Both the position numbers and the translations under genes were made by a program. The notes under the pieces are model-generated. The model made no database searches. It saw only the letters and a list, made by a program, of their open reading frames with translations, and was not told where the DNA came from. Shown here one piece after another: positions 16,423 through 26,132 of a stretch of 64,000 nt of DNA. Numbering within the stretch: position 1 is the stretch's first letter; each line of letters starts with the position of its first letter. The stretch comes from Mycobacteriales bacterium (lineage in GTDB: Bacteria > Actinomycetota > Actinomycetes > JAFAQI01): NCBI GenBank assembly GCA_036267755.1, contig DATAVK010000077.1:7855-71854 (forward strand). The letters run 5' to 3'.

Positions 16423-17883
16423 TCAGCCGATGGTGGGGCGGTGCATCGCCGGAGCCTCGGGCGCGACGGCGGTCGGCTCGGGGCGCCGGGGACCGAGTCG
16501 CATCAGCGTCGCCGTGGAACCGGCGGGGACGAACTCCCGCATGCCTCGCTCCGCGGTCGACTTGGGCGTGTCCACCACGATCGGGTGCTCCTTGGCGTAC
16601 GCGTCCTGCCGGATTCCGGTGACCTGCCAGGACACCTCGAGGCCGGACGTGCCGCCGGCGATCTGGAACCGGTTGTTCTTGACCGTGCTGGCTACGTAGA
16701 CCGGGGCGTGCGCGCCAATCGTCGTCAGCTGGTAGCGGAAGTCGCGATTCAGCGCGCCGAAGTACTCGGGGAGCTCGACGGTGGCCTTGCCGTCGCCGTC
16801 CAGCACGACGTTGCCGTTGTAGACGTTCATCATGTCCGGCGACTCGACGAACGAATGCGACAGCCAGCGCTGCTCGGGATCCAGTGGATGGTCGATCTTG
16901 AACGACCCGGCGGTCTTCGAGAGCGTGCCGGCCACGTGGGCATTTCCCTGCGACCAGAGCCCGAACGATGCGGAGTTCGACGCCTGGCCGAACACGCCGT
17001 ACGTCTGGTTCGTGCCGGTGTCCGTGGCGAGACCGTACAGGGCGTACGTCGTGCCCTGGCCCCAGACGCCAACGTAACCGGAGTCGCCGCGGACCCCGGC
17101 GGTGCGACCGTTCGCACCCTGGACGCCATACTGCCCGCCGGTCCCACTCACCGCGGCGCCGTTGACGTTCGACGTCGTGCCGGCGACTCCGGTCGTCGAG
17201 CCCGAGCCGTAGACCCCCGTCGACCCGGCTCCGTACACCCCGTACGTACTTCCTGACCCGTAGCTGCCATACGTGCTGCCGGAGGCGTAAAGGCCATAGC
17301 CGCCCCCCGAGGCGTACATGCCGACGCTTCCGCTGCTGGTGGCGCTGAAGATCGCGCCGTAGGACCCGCCGGTGCCACGAACACCCGTGTATCCACCCGT
17401 CCCGGAAACGCCATAGGTGCTCGTCGAGGTGCCGCTGACACCGGTCCCGGTGCTCGAGGTGCCGCTGATCCCGGTCCCCGCTCCTGCAATGCCGCTGATA
17501 GCGCTCGAAGTGCTAGCCGTGCTGGTCGTCGTACCCCGGAGCGTGATGTCGCGCGTGCTCTTCACATCGAGCTGGGACGCCGGACTCTTCGTCCCGATGC
17601 CCACGAGGCCGGCGGCCGTTATCCGCATCCGCTCGGCCACAGACGTGTGCTTCGACGTCCGAGTCTTGAAGATCAGGGCTGCCGGATTGGTGGGCCCGAG
17701 GAAGTTCTTGCTCGTGACCTTCCGGTTGCCACCGAGCTTCCATGTGGTGGAGGCCGAGGCCGCGGACGCGTCGTCCGGCGACGCCACTTCCGTCAGCCCA
17801 ACCGCGGCTGCTGCGGCGGTCCCGGCAAGCAGGAACCGGCGCGGGAATCGTCGTTCGATGGCATCACTGTCGACAGCAGGCAT
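16423..17883 (-). CDS. Tat-exported Gly/Ser/Tyr/Thr short-repeat (fibre-like) protein with conserved C-terminal globular domain
   Basis: Tat motif (RRFPRRFLLAGTAAAAAVG). Long run of degenerate 6-9 aa repeats (GSTYG, SGTGGY, YGVSGT). Non-repetitive C-terminal roughly 190 aa. ATG at 17883 preceded by GGGGGGA. Alternative ATG at 17904. Confidence 0.65.
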   Translation of the reverse strand: MPAVDSDAIERRFPRRFLLAGTAAAAAVGLTEVASPDDASAASASTTWKLGGNRKVTSKNFLGPTNPAALIFKTRTSKHTSVAERMRITAAGLVGIGTKSPASQLDVKSTRDITLRGTTTSTASTSSAISGIAGAGTGISGTSSTGTGVSGTSTSTYGVSGTGGYTGVRGTGGSYGAIFSATSSGSVGMYASGGGYGLYASGSTYGSYGSGSTYGVYGAGSTGVYGSGSTTGVAGTTSNVNGAAVSGTGGQYGVQGANGRTAGVRGDSGYVGVWGQGTTYALYGLATDTGTNQTYGVFGQASNSASFGLWSQGNAHVAGTLSKTAGSFKIDHPLDPEQRWLSHSFVESPDMMNVYNGNVVLDGDGKATVELPEYFGALNRDFRYQLTTIGAHAPVYVASTVKNNRFQIAGGTSGLEVSWQVTGIRQDAYAKEHPIVVDTPKSTAERGMREFVPAGSTATLMRLGPRRPEPTAVAPEAPAMHRPTIG

Positions 17884-18043
17884 GGTGTCCCCCCAAGGCC
17901 ACATGCTCAGCGAATGGCGTCGCCGAGCGCCAATGGTGCGGCAGCATATGCCAGACGTGCCGACTCTGCGGACTGGCGCTAAGGTTCGCCCCGAACCCGG
18001 TTCTAGGGGCTGGGACCGCAGTCACGACCGCGGAGGTTCCTTC

Positions 18044-18835
18044 GTGCCAGCGCTGCTCGATGTCGACCGCATCAGCGTCCGGTTCGGTGGGCTGACCGCG
18101 CTCACCGAGGTCTCGGCGTCGGTTGCTGACGGTGAGGTGGTCGGGGTCATCGGACCCAACGGCGCCGGGAAGACGACGCTGTTCAACGTGGTCTGCGGCT
18201 TCGTCCGCCCGAGCGAAGGATCGCTGCGCTGGCGCGGCGCGACCCTGTCGCGGCACCGCCCGCACCAGCTCGCCGGACTTGGCATTGCGCGCACCCTGCA
18301 GAGCCTCGGGCTGTTCACCAACCTCTCCGTCCTCGACAACGTCGTCGTGGGCGCCGACCATCACGCTCGCTCCTGGTTCGGCTCAGGACTGTTCGCACTT
18401 CCGCGTGGCGATCGTGACGAGCGGGAGCTGCGCGAGCGCGCGTTGCGCACCCTCGAGGAGCTCGGCATCGCCGACACAGCGGCACGGATGCCCGACCAGC
18501 TGCCCTACGGCGTCCAGAAGCGGGTCGCGCTCGCCCGCGCGATCGTGGCGGACCCGGCCCTGCTGCTGCTCGACGAGCCGGCCTCCGGGCTCTCGAGTGC
18601 GGAGATGGACGACCTCGCGACGTTGATCCGCGAGCTGTCGGGGCGAATGGGTGTGCTGCTCGTCGAGCACCACATGGACCTCGTCATGTCGGTCTGCGAC
18701 CGGATCTGTGTCCTTGACTTCGGTCGGTGCATCGCGACCGGCACGCCGGAGGAGATCCGCGAGGACCCGAACGTCCTCGAGGCCTACCTCGGCGAAGCCG
18801 TCGACGCCTCTACCGAGGAGGTCCGTGATGCTTGA
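18044..18835 (+). CDS. livG: HAAT-family ABC transporter ATP-binding protein (LivG-like)
   Basis: GTG at 18044 with GGAGG 6 nt upstream. Walker A GPNGAGKTT. Confidence 0.8.
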   Translation: MPALLDVDRISVRFGGLTALTEVSASVADGEVVGVIGPNGAGKTTLFNVVCGFVRPSEGSLRWRGATLSRHRPHQLAGLGIARTLQSLGLFTNLSVLDNVVVGADHHARSWFGSGLFALPRGDRDERELRERALRTLEELGIADTAARMPDQLPYGVQKRVALARAIVADPALLLLDEPASGLSSAEMDDLATLIRELSGRMGVLLVEHHMDLVMSVCDRICVLDFGRCIATGTPEEIREDPNVLEAYLGEAVDASTEEVRDA

Positions 18836-19535
18836 GCTCACCGACGTCGTGACGACGTACGGCGCCGTGCACGCACTCGACGGCGTCTCGATCTCCGTGC
18901 CGGACGGGACGATCCTCGCGGTCCTCGGCGCCAACGGTGCGGGCAAGACGACGTTGTTGCGCAGCATCAACGGCCTGGTGCGAGCCCGCTCCGGCAGTAT
19001 TCGGTACGACGGCCGCGATCTGCTGCGCACCAAGGTGGAGGATGTCGTGAGCCTCGGGATCGCTCACGTCCCCGAGGGTCGGGGCGTCATCACGGAGCTG
19101 ACCGTCGAGGAGAACCTGCGGCTGGGCGCGCTGTGGCGCGGTGACCGCGACGAGTGTGCGACGAACCTGGCGGCGACCTATCAGATGTTCCCGCCGCTCG
19201 CGGAGCGCCGGAACAAGGCGGCGGACACGCTCTCCGGCGGCGAACGCCAGATGCTCGTCGTGGGGCGAGCCTTGATGAGCCGCCCGAAGCTGCTGCTGCT
19301 CGACGAGCCGTCCTTGGGGCTGGCGCCTCGCATCACCGCGCAGATCATGGCCACCCTCCGCCGGTTGCGCGACGAGCAGCAGCTGACCGTCGTCCTCGTC
19401 GAGCAGAACGCACGCAGCGCCCTGTCGGTGGCCGACAGCGCCGTCGTGCTCAACCTCGGCAAGGTGGTTGCGCAGGGCAGCGCCGCCGAGCTGGCCGCCG
19501 ATGACAAACTTCGACACGCCTATCTGGGGTTCTGA
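18828..19535 (+). CDS. livF: HAAT-family ABC transporter ATP-binding protein (LivF-like)
   Basis: ATG at 18828 overlaps the upstream gene end. Walker A GANGAGKTT, LSGGERQM. Confidence 0.85.
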   Translation: MLELTDVVTTYGAVHALDGVSISVPDGTILAVLGANGAGKTTLLRSINGLVRARSGSIRYDGRDLLRTKVEDVVSLGIAHVPEGRGVITELTVEENLRLGALWRGDRDECATNLAATYQMFPPLAERRNKAADTLSGGERQMLVVGRALMSRPKLLLLDEPSLGLAPRITAQIMATLRRLRDEQQLTVVLVEQNARSALSVADSAVVLNLGKVVAQGSAAELAADDKLRHAYLGF

Positions 19536-19537
19536 CC

Positions 19538-20422
19538 ATGACGCCCATCAACCTCATCCTCAACGGCATCGCGTTCGGCAGCATCTACGCGGCTGTGGCG
19601 CTGGCCCTGGTGCTGATCTGGCGCTCCACCCGCATCGTGAACTTCGCGCAGGGCGGGATGCTCATGGTGACGACGTTCATCGCCTACACGCTGGTGCAGG
19701 AGCACGGCCAGAACTACTGGGTCGGTCTCGTGGTGGCGTTGCTTGCCGGCTTGGTCATCGGTGCCGTCGTCGAGCGGGTGCTGGTCCGGCCGGTCGAGGG
19801 GGCGTCGCCGCTCAACGCCGTCATCCTGACCCTTGGCCTGCTGCTCCTCTTGCAGGGTGGCGCCGGGATGATCTGGGGGAACGGGGTTGCGTCGTACCCG
19901 CCCGCGTTCTCGACGATCTTCTACCGCGTCGGTCACCAGGAGCTGCTCTTCTCGCCGAACTACCTGTTCGTCGTGGTCTCCGTGGCTGTCGTCGTGGTGC
20001 TGCTGTATCTACTGTTCCAACGCACGTCGATCGGGCTACGGATGCGGGCGTCTGCGTTCAGCCCGGAGGTCGCCCGACTGCTCGGCGTACGGGTCGGACG
20101 CATGCTCACGCTCGGCTGGGCCCTGGCTGCGGCGGTAGGTGCGCTAGCTGGTGTGCTGATCGCCGGCACCGCCCCGAACTACATGAACCCGAACGGCTTC
20201 GACGCCCTGCTGATCTATGGCTTCACCGCGGCCGTGATCGGAGGTCTCGACTCTCCGATCGGCGCGGTCGTCGGGGGCCTGCTGATGGGAATCGCGTTTG
20301 CCTTTCTCAACAACTACGTCAGCGTCCAGATCGACACGTTCTATGCGCTGGTTCTGCTGACGGTCGTCCTGATGGTCCGCCCGTCCGGGTTGTTCAGCCG
20401 GACCGCCACGAGAAGGGTGTGA
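19538..20422 (+). CDS. livH: HAAT-family ABC transporter permease (LivH-like)
   Basis: Hydrophobic LivH-like sequence (IVNFAQGGMLMVTTFIAY...). Confidence 0.85.
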   Translation: MTPINLILNGIAFGSIYAAVALALVLIWRSTRIVNFAQGGMLMVTTFIAYTLVQEHGQNYWVGLVVALLAGLVIGAVVERVLVRPVEGASPLNAVILTLGLLLLLQGGAGMIWGNGVASYPPAFSTIFYRVGHQELLFSPNYLFVVVSVAVVVVLLYLLFQRTSIGLRMRASAFSPEVARLLGVRVGRMLTLGWALAAAVGALAGVLIAGTAPNYMNPNGFDALLIYGFTAAVIGGLDSPIGAVVGGLLMGIAFAFLNNYVSVQIDTFYALVLLTVVLMVRPSGLFSRTATRRV

Positions 20423-21462
20423 CCGTGCCGGGCGTCCTGGGTCGCTCCACGCTGCTGCGCCACGTGCTGTTCGCCGTCATCGGCGGCGCGGCACTGTTCC
20501 TGCTGACGCACGAGCTGGGGGAGTTCCGCAACTCCCAGCTGGCCAATATCGCCTACATCGCTTGCGCCACGGCGGGGCTCACCGTGCTCACCGGCCTGTC
20601 CGGCCAGGTGTCCATAGGCCACGGAGCATTCATGTTCATCGGTGCCTATACCGCGGCGCTGTTCCTCAAGCACGACCTGGCCGAGCGACTGTTGCAGCAC
20701 TCTGGCAATGCCAACTTCGGTCTGATCATCGTCCTGCTCGCAGCAGTTCTGGTCTGCGCTCTGGTGGGCGGCGTCGTCGGTGTCGCGGCAGCCAGGCTGC
20801 GCGGCCCCTACCTCGCGGGGATCACGCTTGCGCTGGCGATCGGCATCCCCGTCCTGCCGTTGTGGTCGAAGCTAGAAGGGCCGCTCGGCGGGCACGCCGG
20901 CCTCCCGGTCAATGCACCGGCACCGCCGACCAGCGTGGACTACGTGCGCTTCCAGGCCTGGATCTGTTGTCTGTCGGCGGTCATCGTGATTTTCCTGTTG
21001 GCGAACCTGAGCCGGAGCCGGGTCGGGCGGGCATTCCGCGCCGTCCGTGATGACGAGATCTCCGCTTCACTCGCCGGATTGTCTGTGGCCCGCGTGCAAG
21101 TGCTCGCTTTTGTGGTCAGCGCAGCGTGTGCAGGCTTGTCGGGCGGCCTGTTCGCCATCGTGGCTGGCAGCGTCGGACCGGCGTCGTTCCCGTTGTCGTT
21201 GTCGTTCTATTTGTTGGCTGCCATCGTCTTCGGCGGTCTCGGTTCGTTGGCCGGAGCGGTGTACGGCGCCGTGCTGATCACGTTGCTGCCGAACTGGTCG
21301 ACCGACATCGCGAACTCGCTGTCGTTGTCGATGCGGGTGCAGAACAACCTGCCATTGGTGATCCTCGGTGCTGCGCTTATCGTTGCCATGCTGGTGTTCC
21401 CAAGCGGGGTGCAGGGACTGCTTCGCCGCGGCTGGGGAACGGTCGCGCGGCGCGCTACGTAA
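20419..21462 (+). CDS. livM: HAAT-family ABC transporter permease (LivM-like)
   Basis: GTG at 20419 overlaps the livH stop. LivM-like (GQVSIGHGAFMFIGAYTAALF...). Confidence 0.8.
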   Translation: MTVPGVLGRSTLLRHVLFAVIGGAALFLLTHELGEFRNSQLANIAYIACATAGLTVLTGLSGQVSIGHGAFMFIGAYTAALFLKHDLAERLLQHSGNANFGLIIVLLAAVLVCALVGGVVGVAAARLRGPYLAGITLALAIGIPVLPLWSKLEGPLGGHAGLPVNAPAPPTSVDYVRFQAWICCLSAVIVIFLLANLSRSRVGRAFRAVRDDEISASLAGLSVARVQVLAFVVSAACAGLSGGLFAIVAGSVGPASFPLSLSFYLLAAIVFGGLGSLAGAVYGAVLITLLPNWSTDIANSLSLSMRVQNNLPLVILGAALIVAMLVFPSGVQGLLRRGWGTVARRAT

Positions 21463-21556
21463 CGCGACGGACACGATACTCACCGGTAACTCGTCACAGA
21501 ACGAGATTCGGTCTATGTTGCTCGCAGATCGCCCCGGTCTGACCCTCGGAGGAGCA

Positions 21557-22891
21557 ATGACCAGAACATCCATTCGCCTTTTCGCTGGCGGCGCGTTGCT
21601 CGCCGTCGCGGTCGCCGCATGTGGTGGAAGTAGCAGCGGTGGCAGTCCTTCGAGCGGCTCGTCCCCGAGCAGCGGCGGCGCCAACACTGCATCCGCGCCC
21701 GGCATTACCGCGACGACGGTCACGATCGGCAGCCATCAGCCACTGACCGGTGTCGCGGCGCCGGGGTACGACGAGATCGCGCCGGCGTCGAACGCCTACT
21801 TCCAGTGGGTCAACGCCCACGGCGGCATCAACGGTCGGAAGATCGTCTACAAGTATCTCGACGACGCCTACAACCCCGCACAGACGGTCACCGTCGTCCA
21901 CAAGCTGGTCCTACAGGACAAGGTGTTCGCGATCTTCAATGGTCTCGGCACCCCCACCCATCAGCAGGTCGTGGCGTACCTCAACTCGCAGAAGATCCCC
22001 GACCTGTTCGTGGCTTCCGGCTGCCTGTGCTGGAATATGCCGTCCACCCAGCCCGAGACGTTCGGTTGGCAGCCCGACTACACGATCGAGGGCAAGATCC
22101 TCGGCCAATACATCACCCAAAAGTTCAAGGGGCAGAAGGTCGCCGTCTTCGCGCAGGGCGACGACTTCGGCCACAACGGCGTCAAGGGACTGCAGGACGA
22201 GGTCCCATCGAGCCAGATCGCGACGATCCAGTACTACGACCCGACCAACACCAACGTCGCGCCGCAGGTGCAGAAGCTTGCCCAGTCCGGAGCGAAGATC
22301 GTCGTGTCGTTCACGGTGCCGGCGTTCACCGCGCTGCTCCAGCTCACCGCGTTGCAGCTGAAGTACCAGCCTCAGCTCGTGGTCAGCAACGTCGGGTCCG
22401 ATCCGAAGACGCTGGCGGGCTTGCTGACGTCGTTCTCGAAGGGCAAGGCGCCAGGTTCGAAGCTGATCCAGGGGATCATCACCGACGGCTACCTGTCCTC
22501 GCCGGCGGACACGAGCAACTCGTGGATCCAGCTGTTCCAGCAGGTCCATCAGCAGTACATCCCGAAGCTGCCGTTCGACGGCAACGTGGAGTACGGCATG
22601 GCGGCGGCGTACACCTTCGTCCAGGCCTTGAAGGCGGCTGGTCAGAACCCGACCCGGGCAAGCATCGTGTCGGCGATCCAGTCGAGTCACTTCACCGGTC
22701 CGGGCCTGGTGCCGTTCGGCTTCTCCAGCTCCTCGCATGCCGGCTACACCGGCGTCCAGATCGGAGTCATCAAGGGCAGCGCGATCCACTTGCTCGGGCA
22801 GCCGATGACGACCGATGACGGTAGCGGCGCGATCACGCCGTTCACCACCCAGCAGCCGGCTGCGCCGGCGAACGGGATCCCCTCCAACTGA
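21557..22891 (+). CDS. HAAT-family ABC transporter substrate-binding lipoprotein
   Basis: ATG at 21557 preceded by GGAGG. Lipobox (LLAVAVAACGGSSSG) then a Ser/Gly linker. LivJ-like fold motifs. Located at the 3' end of the operon, unlike the first operon. Confidence 0.8.
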   Translation: MTRTSIRLFAGGALLAVAVAACGGSSSGGSPSSGSSPSSGGANTASAPGITATTVTIGSHQPLTGVAAPGYDEIAPASNAYFQWVNAHGGINGRKIVYKYLDDAYNPAQTVTVVHKLVLQDKVFAIFNGLGTPTHQQVVAYLNSQKIPDLFVASGCLCWNMPSTQPETFGWQPDYTIEGKILGQYITQKFKGQKVAVFAQGDDFGHNGVKGLQDEVPSSQIATIQYYDPTNTNVAPQVQKLAQSGAKIVVSFTVPAFTALLQLTALQLKYQPQLVVSNVGSDPKTLAGLLTSFSKGKAPGSKLIQGIITDGYLSSPADTSNSWIQLFQQVHQQYIPKLPFDGNVEYGMAAAYTFVQALKAAGQNPTRASIVSAIQSSHFTGPGLVPFGFSSSSHAGYTGVQIGVIKGSAIHLLGQPMTTDDGSGAITPFTTQQPAAPANGIPSN

Positions 22892-22969
22892 TCGAGTGAC
22901 GGGGGTTGTTGGGCACGGCGGCGCGCGTTACGGTTCGTCTACCGCCGCCAGGCGAAGAGGAGCCGCGCC

Positions 22970-23578
22970 GTGCCCATCAACCCCCAGACCACAGCCGTAG
23001 TGCTCATCGAGTACCAGAACGACTTCACCTCTGACGGGGGTGTGCTGCACGGCGCCGTCGCCGGCGTGATGGACTCCACCGGGATGCTCGAGAACACCCG
23101 AGCGCTCGTCGATGCCGCACGTGACGCCGGCGCCACCATGATGCACGCACCGATCATGTTCGCCGAGGGCTACAACGAGATCAGCTCGCACCCCTACGGC
23201 ATCCTCAAGGGGGTCGTTGACGGCAAGGCGTTCGTCAAGGACTCGTGGGGCGCCGCGATCGTCGACGACCTTGCCCCCGCGGACGGTGACATCGTCATCG
23301 AAGGTAAGCGCGGGCTCGACACCTTCGCCAGCACGAACCTCGACTTCATCCTGCGCAGCAAGGGAATCACGACGATTGCGCTCGGTGGTTTCCTCACCAA
23401 CTGCTGTGTCGAGTCCACGATGCGCTCGGGGTACGAGAACGGCTACCAGGTGATCACCTTGAGCGACTGTCTCGCAGCAACGTCCGCGGAAGAGCACGAC
23501 AACGCACTGAAGTTCGACTTCCCGATGTTCTCCGAGCCGATGGCGTCGAAGGACTTCATCGCCGAGCTAGCCGGCTAG
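22970..23578 (+). CDS. isochorismatase-family cysteine hydrolase
   Basis: GTG start preceded by GAGGAG. 202 aa with isochorismatase-like core (TTIALGGFLTNCCVESTMRSGYENGY). Confidence 0.75.
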   Translation: MPINPQTTAVVLIEYQNDFTSDGGVLHGAVAGVMDSTGMLENTRALVDAARDAGATMMHAPIMFAEGYNEISSHPYGILKGVVDGKAFVKDSWGAAIVDDLAPADGDIVIEGKRGLDTFASTNLDFILRSKGITTIALGGFLTNCCVESTMRSGYENGYQVITLSDCLAATSAEEHDNALKFDFPMFSEPMASKDFIAELAG

Positions 23579-23616
23579 GGCACCCGGCTCCAGCCGGGCG
23601 CGCTAGGTTCCGGCTC

Positions 23617-24321
23617 ATGACAGAGACCATCGATGACGAGGCGGTCCGGTCGAGCCGGCTGCTCGATGCCCAGGCCAAGGCGGCCGAGCTGTTCGAGGCG
23701 GTGGAGGCGCGTCGGGTGATCGCGCCGGGCGTCCGCGAGTCCGAAGCCAGCACCGCGATCCGCACGCTCGCCGCCGACATGTTCGGCGTCAGCCGCTACT
23801 GGCACAAGCGGATCGTGCGGGCGGCCGCCAACACCCTGCACCCGTACGACGAGAACCCCCCGGACCTCACCATCGGTGAGGACGACATCGTGTTCGCTGA
23901 CTTCGGGCCGATCTTCGTCGAGTGGGAGGCGGACTTCGGTCGGACCTTCGTGCTCGGCGCCGATCCGGCAAAGCATCGGCTTCGCGACACCCTGCCGGTG
24001 CTCTTCGAGTCTGGGCGAGAGTTCTTCGAGACCCGGCCGGAAGTGACCGGCGAGCAGCTGTTCGAGCACGTGATGGAGCTGACCACGCAGGCCGGCTATG
24101 AGTACGGCGGCGCCATGGCTGGTCACCTGCTGGGCGAGTTCCCGCACGAGAAGCTCGCGGGCGACGAGATCATGTCCTACATCGCCCCGGGCAACGACCA
24201 GCCGATGCGCCGGCTGGACGACAAGGGCCGGCGATGTCACTGGATCCTCGAGATCCACCTGATCGACCGGGAGCGCCAGATCGGCGGGTTCTACGAGGAG
24301 CTGCTCGACATCCACTCCTGA
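23617..24321 (+). CDS. short M24-family (creatinase/prolidase-like) metallopeptidase-fold protein
   Basis: 234 aa resembling the pita-bread catalytic domain (DDIVFADFGPIFVEWEADFGRTFV...). Family assignment tentative. Confidence 0.5.
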   Translation: MTETIDDEAVRSSRLLDAQAKAAELFEAVEARRVIAPGVRESEASTAIRTLAADMFGVSRYWHKRIVRAAANTLHPYDENPPDLTIGEDDIVFADFGPIFVEWEADFGRTFVLGADPAKHRLRDTLPVLFESGREFFETRPEVTGEQLFEHVMELTTQAGYEYGGAMAGHLLGEFPHEKLAGDEIMSYIAPGNDQPMRRLDDKGRRCHWILEIHLIDRERQIGGFYEELLDIHS

Positions 24322-24401
24322 CGTCGCGACCGTTCGCTGAACCGAAGTTCCTCCGGCGACGTAGGTTGGGTCGGGGACCGAGCTTGGCGGAGGATCTAGG
24401 T

Positions 24402-26132
24402 ATGGCGGTCCTGCTGGCGATCGGGTTCGTCGCAGGACTTCTCACCATCGTCTCGCCGTGCGTCCTGCCCGTCCTTCCCGCAGTTATCGCCTCCGGTGTC
24501 ACCGCCGGTGGCCGGCGCCGCGCGTTCGCGATAGCGGTCGGCCTGGCGCTGGCCTTCGGTCTCTCGGCGCTGTTCAGCATCCGACTCCTGCAGGCACTGC
24601 ACCTACCGCTCGGGCTCCGTTACGACCTGGCGATCGTTGCGCTGTTCGTGGTCGCGGCCGGGCTGATCGTCCCCCGGTTCGGCGAGCTGCTGGAGCGGCC
24701 GTTTACCCGGCTCGGCGCCGGTCGGGCGCCGAACAAGGAGCGCGGCGGCCTCGTGCTCGGTGCGAGCCTCGGTCTGCTGTACCTCCCGTGCGGCGGCCCG
24801 ATCCTTGCCACGATCGCCGCGGTCGGGAGCCCGTCGGGATCCATCAGCGCACGCGCCGTGGCACTCACGGCGGCGTACTCGCTCGGCATCGCCCTGCCGA
24901 TCTTCGGTCTCGTCCTCGCCACGGATCAACTGACCGGAGCGACGACGTGGTTGCGAAGCCACGCCCTGGCGACGCGGCGGACTGGCGGCGTTCTGCTCGC
25001 CGTGAGCGCGTTGGCGATCACCTTCGGCGCGGCGACCTCGTTGCAGACCCACGTCCCGTCGTACACCAGCAAGATCGAGGACCACCTCACCGCCGGGCGC
25101 TCCGTGTCCTCCGATCTGGGACGGATCGGCAACGTGCACGAGTCCCAGGCTGCCAAGCGAGTGCAGCAGTCGGTGACCGAGCCCGCGGTGCCGAGCACGA
25201 ACGACCCGGTCGACAAGGTGCCGAGCATTGCCGCGGCGTCCCTGACGAGCTACGGCCCGGCGCCCAACTTCGCGAAGGTGACGCGATGGTTCAACACACC
25301 GGCCGGCCTGAACCTCGCCGCCCTGCACGGCAAGGTCGTCCTCATCGACTTCTGGACCTATTCCTGCATCAACTGCTTGCGCAGCCTCCCGCACGTCAAG
25401 GCGTGGTACACCCGCTACCACTCGGCCGGTCTCGACGTCATTGGCGTCCACACGCCGGAGTTCGACTTCGAGCACGACGCGTCCAACGTGCAGGCGGCGA
25501 TCAAACGGCTGGGCATCCCGTACCCGGTCGCGATGGACAACGACTACGGAACCTGGGACGCCTGGGGCAACAACTCCTGGCCTGCTGAGTACCTGATCGA
25601 CGCGCAGGGCAACGTGCGATTCGGATCGATCGGTGAGGGCGACTACGGGCAGATGGAAGCGGCCATCCGCGCGCTGTTGAAGTCCAACGGCGCCGCTCTC
25701 CCGCCGCCCACCTCGGTGCCGGACACGACGCCACAGGAGCCGTCTACCGCCGAGAGCTACCTCGGCTACCAGCGCCTTGCGCGCTACGAGGGAACGCCCA
25801 TCGTCAAGGACCGGAAGGCGACGTACGCCTTCGCGCCGAGCCTGAAGGCCAGCCAGCTCAGCTACTCCGGGCAGTGGACCGTCGGCCAGCAGCAGATCCT
25901 CGCGGGCGCCGGAGCGCAGCTACGGATCAACCTCTCGGCCAGCGACGTGTACCTCGTCCTGTCCGGCGCCGGCACCGTCACCGGCACCCTCGACGGCAAA
26001 GCCCTGCCCGCCCAACGGGTGTCCGGGGTGCCGACGCTCTACACGCTGCTGTCTGGTCAGAAAGTCCGCAGCGGCATCCTCGACCTGCGATTCACGCCGG
26101 GGCTCTCCGCCTATGACTTCACGTTCGGCTGA
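24402..26132 (+). CDS. DipZ-like protein: CcdA/DsbD transmembrane domain fused to thioredoxin-like domain and a C-terminal beta-rich domain
   Basis: ATG at 24402 preceded by GGAGGA. Motifs SPCVLPVLP and LYLPCGGP (CcdA) and WTYSCINCLRS (CxxC). C-terminal roughly 150 aa of unknown function. Architecture matches mycobacterial DipZ. Confidence 0.8.
   Translation: MAVLLAIGFVAGLLTIVSPCVLPVLPAVIASGVTAGGRRRAFAIAVGLALAFGLSALFSIRLLQALHLPLGLRYDLAIVALFVVAAGLIVPRFGELLERPFTRLGAGRAPNKERGGLVLGASLGLLYLPCGGPILATIAAVGSPSGSISARAVALTAAYSLGIALPIFGLVLATDQLTGATTWLRSHALATRRTGGVLLAVSALAITFGAATSLQTHVPSYTSKIEDHLTAGRSVSSDLGRIGNVHESQAAKRVQQSVTEPAVPSTNDPVDKVPSIAAASLTSYGPAPNFAKVTRWFNTPAGLNLAALHGKVVLIDFWTYSCINCLRSLPHVKAWYTRYHSAGLDVIGVHTPEFDFEHDASNVQAAIKRLGIPYPVAMDNDYGTWDAWGNNSWPAEYLIDAQGNVRFGSIGEGDYGQMEAAIRALLKSNGAALPPPTSVPDTTPQEPSTAESYLGYQRLARYEGTPIVKDRKATYAFAPSLKASQLSYSGQWTVGQQQILAGAGAQLRINLSASDVYLVLSGAGTVTGTLDGKALPAQRVSGVPTLYTLLSGQKVRSGILDLRFTPGLSAYDFTFG

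Noticed and set aside
16423-17883. Prophage tail-fibre interpretation of the Gly/Tyr-repeat protein
   Set aside because: No capsid, portal, terminase, integrase or tape-measure genes nearby, and it has a Tat signal. Kept as a fibre-like surface protein rather than a phage remnant.
24234-24401. N-terminal extension of the DipZ-like ORF (MSLDPRDPPDRPG...)
   Set aside because: Pro/Arg-rich, no RBS. ATG at 24402 has a GGAGGA RBS and begins directly at the first CcdA transmembrane helix.
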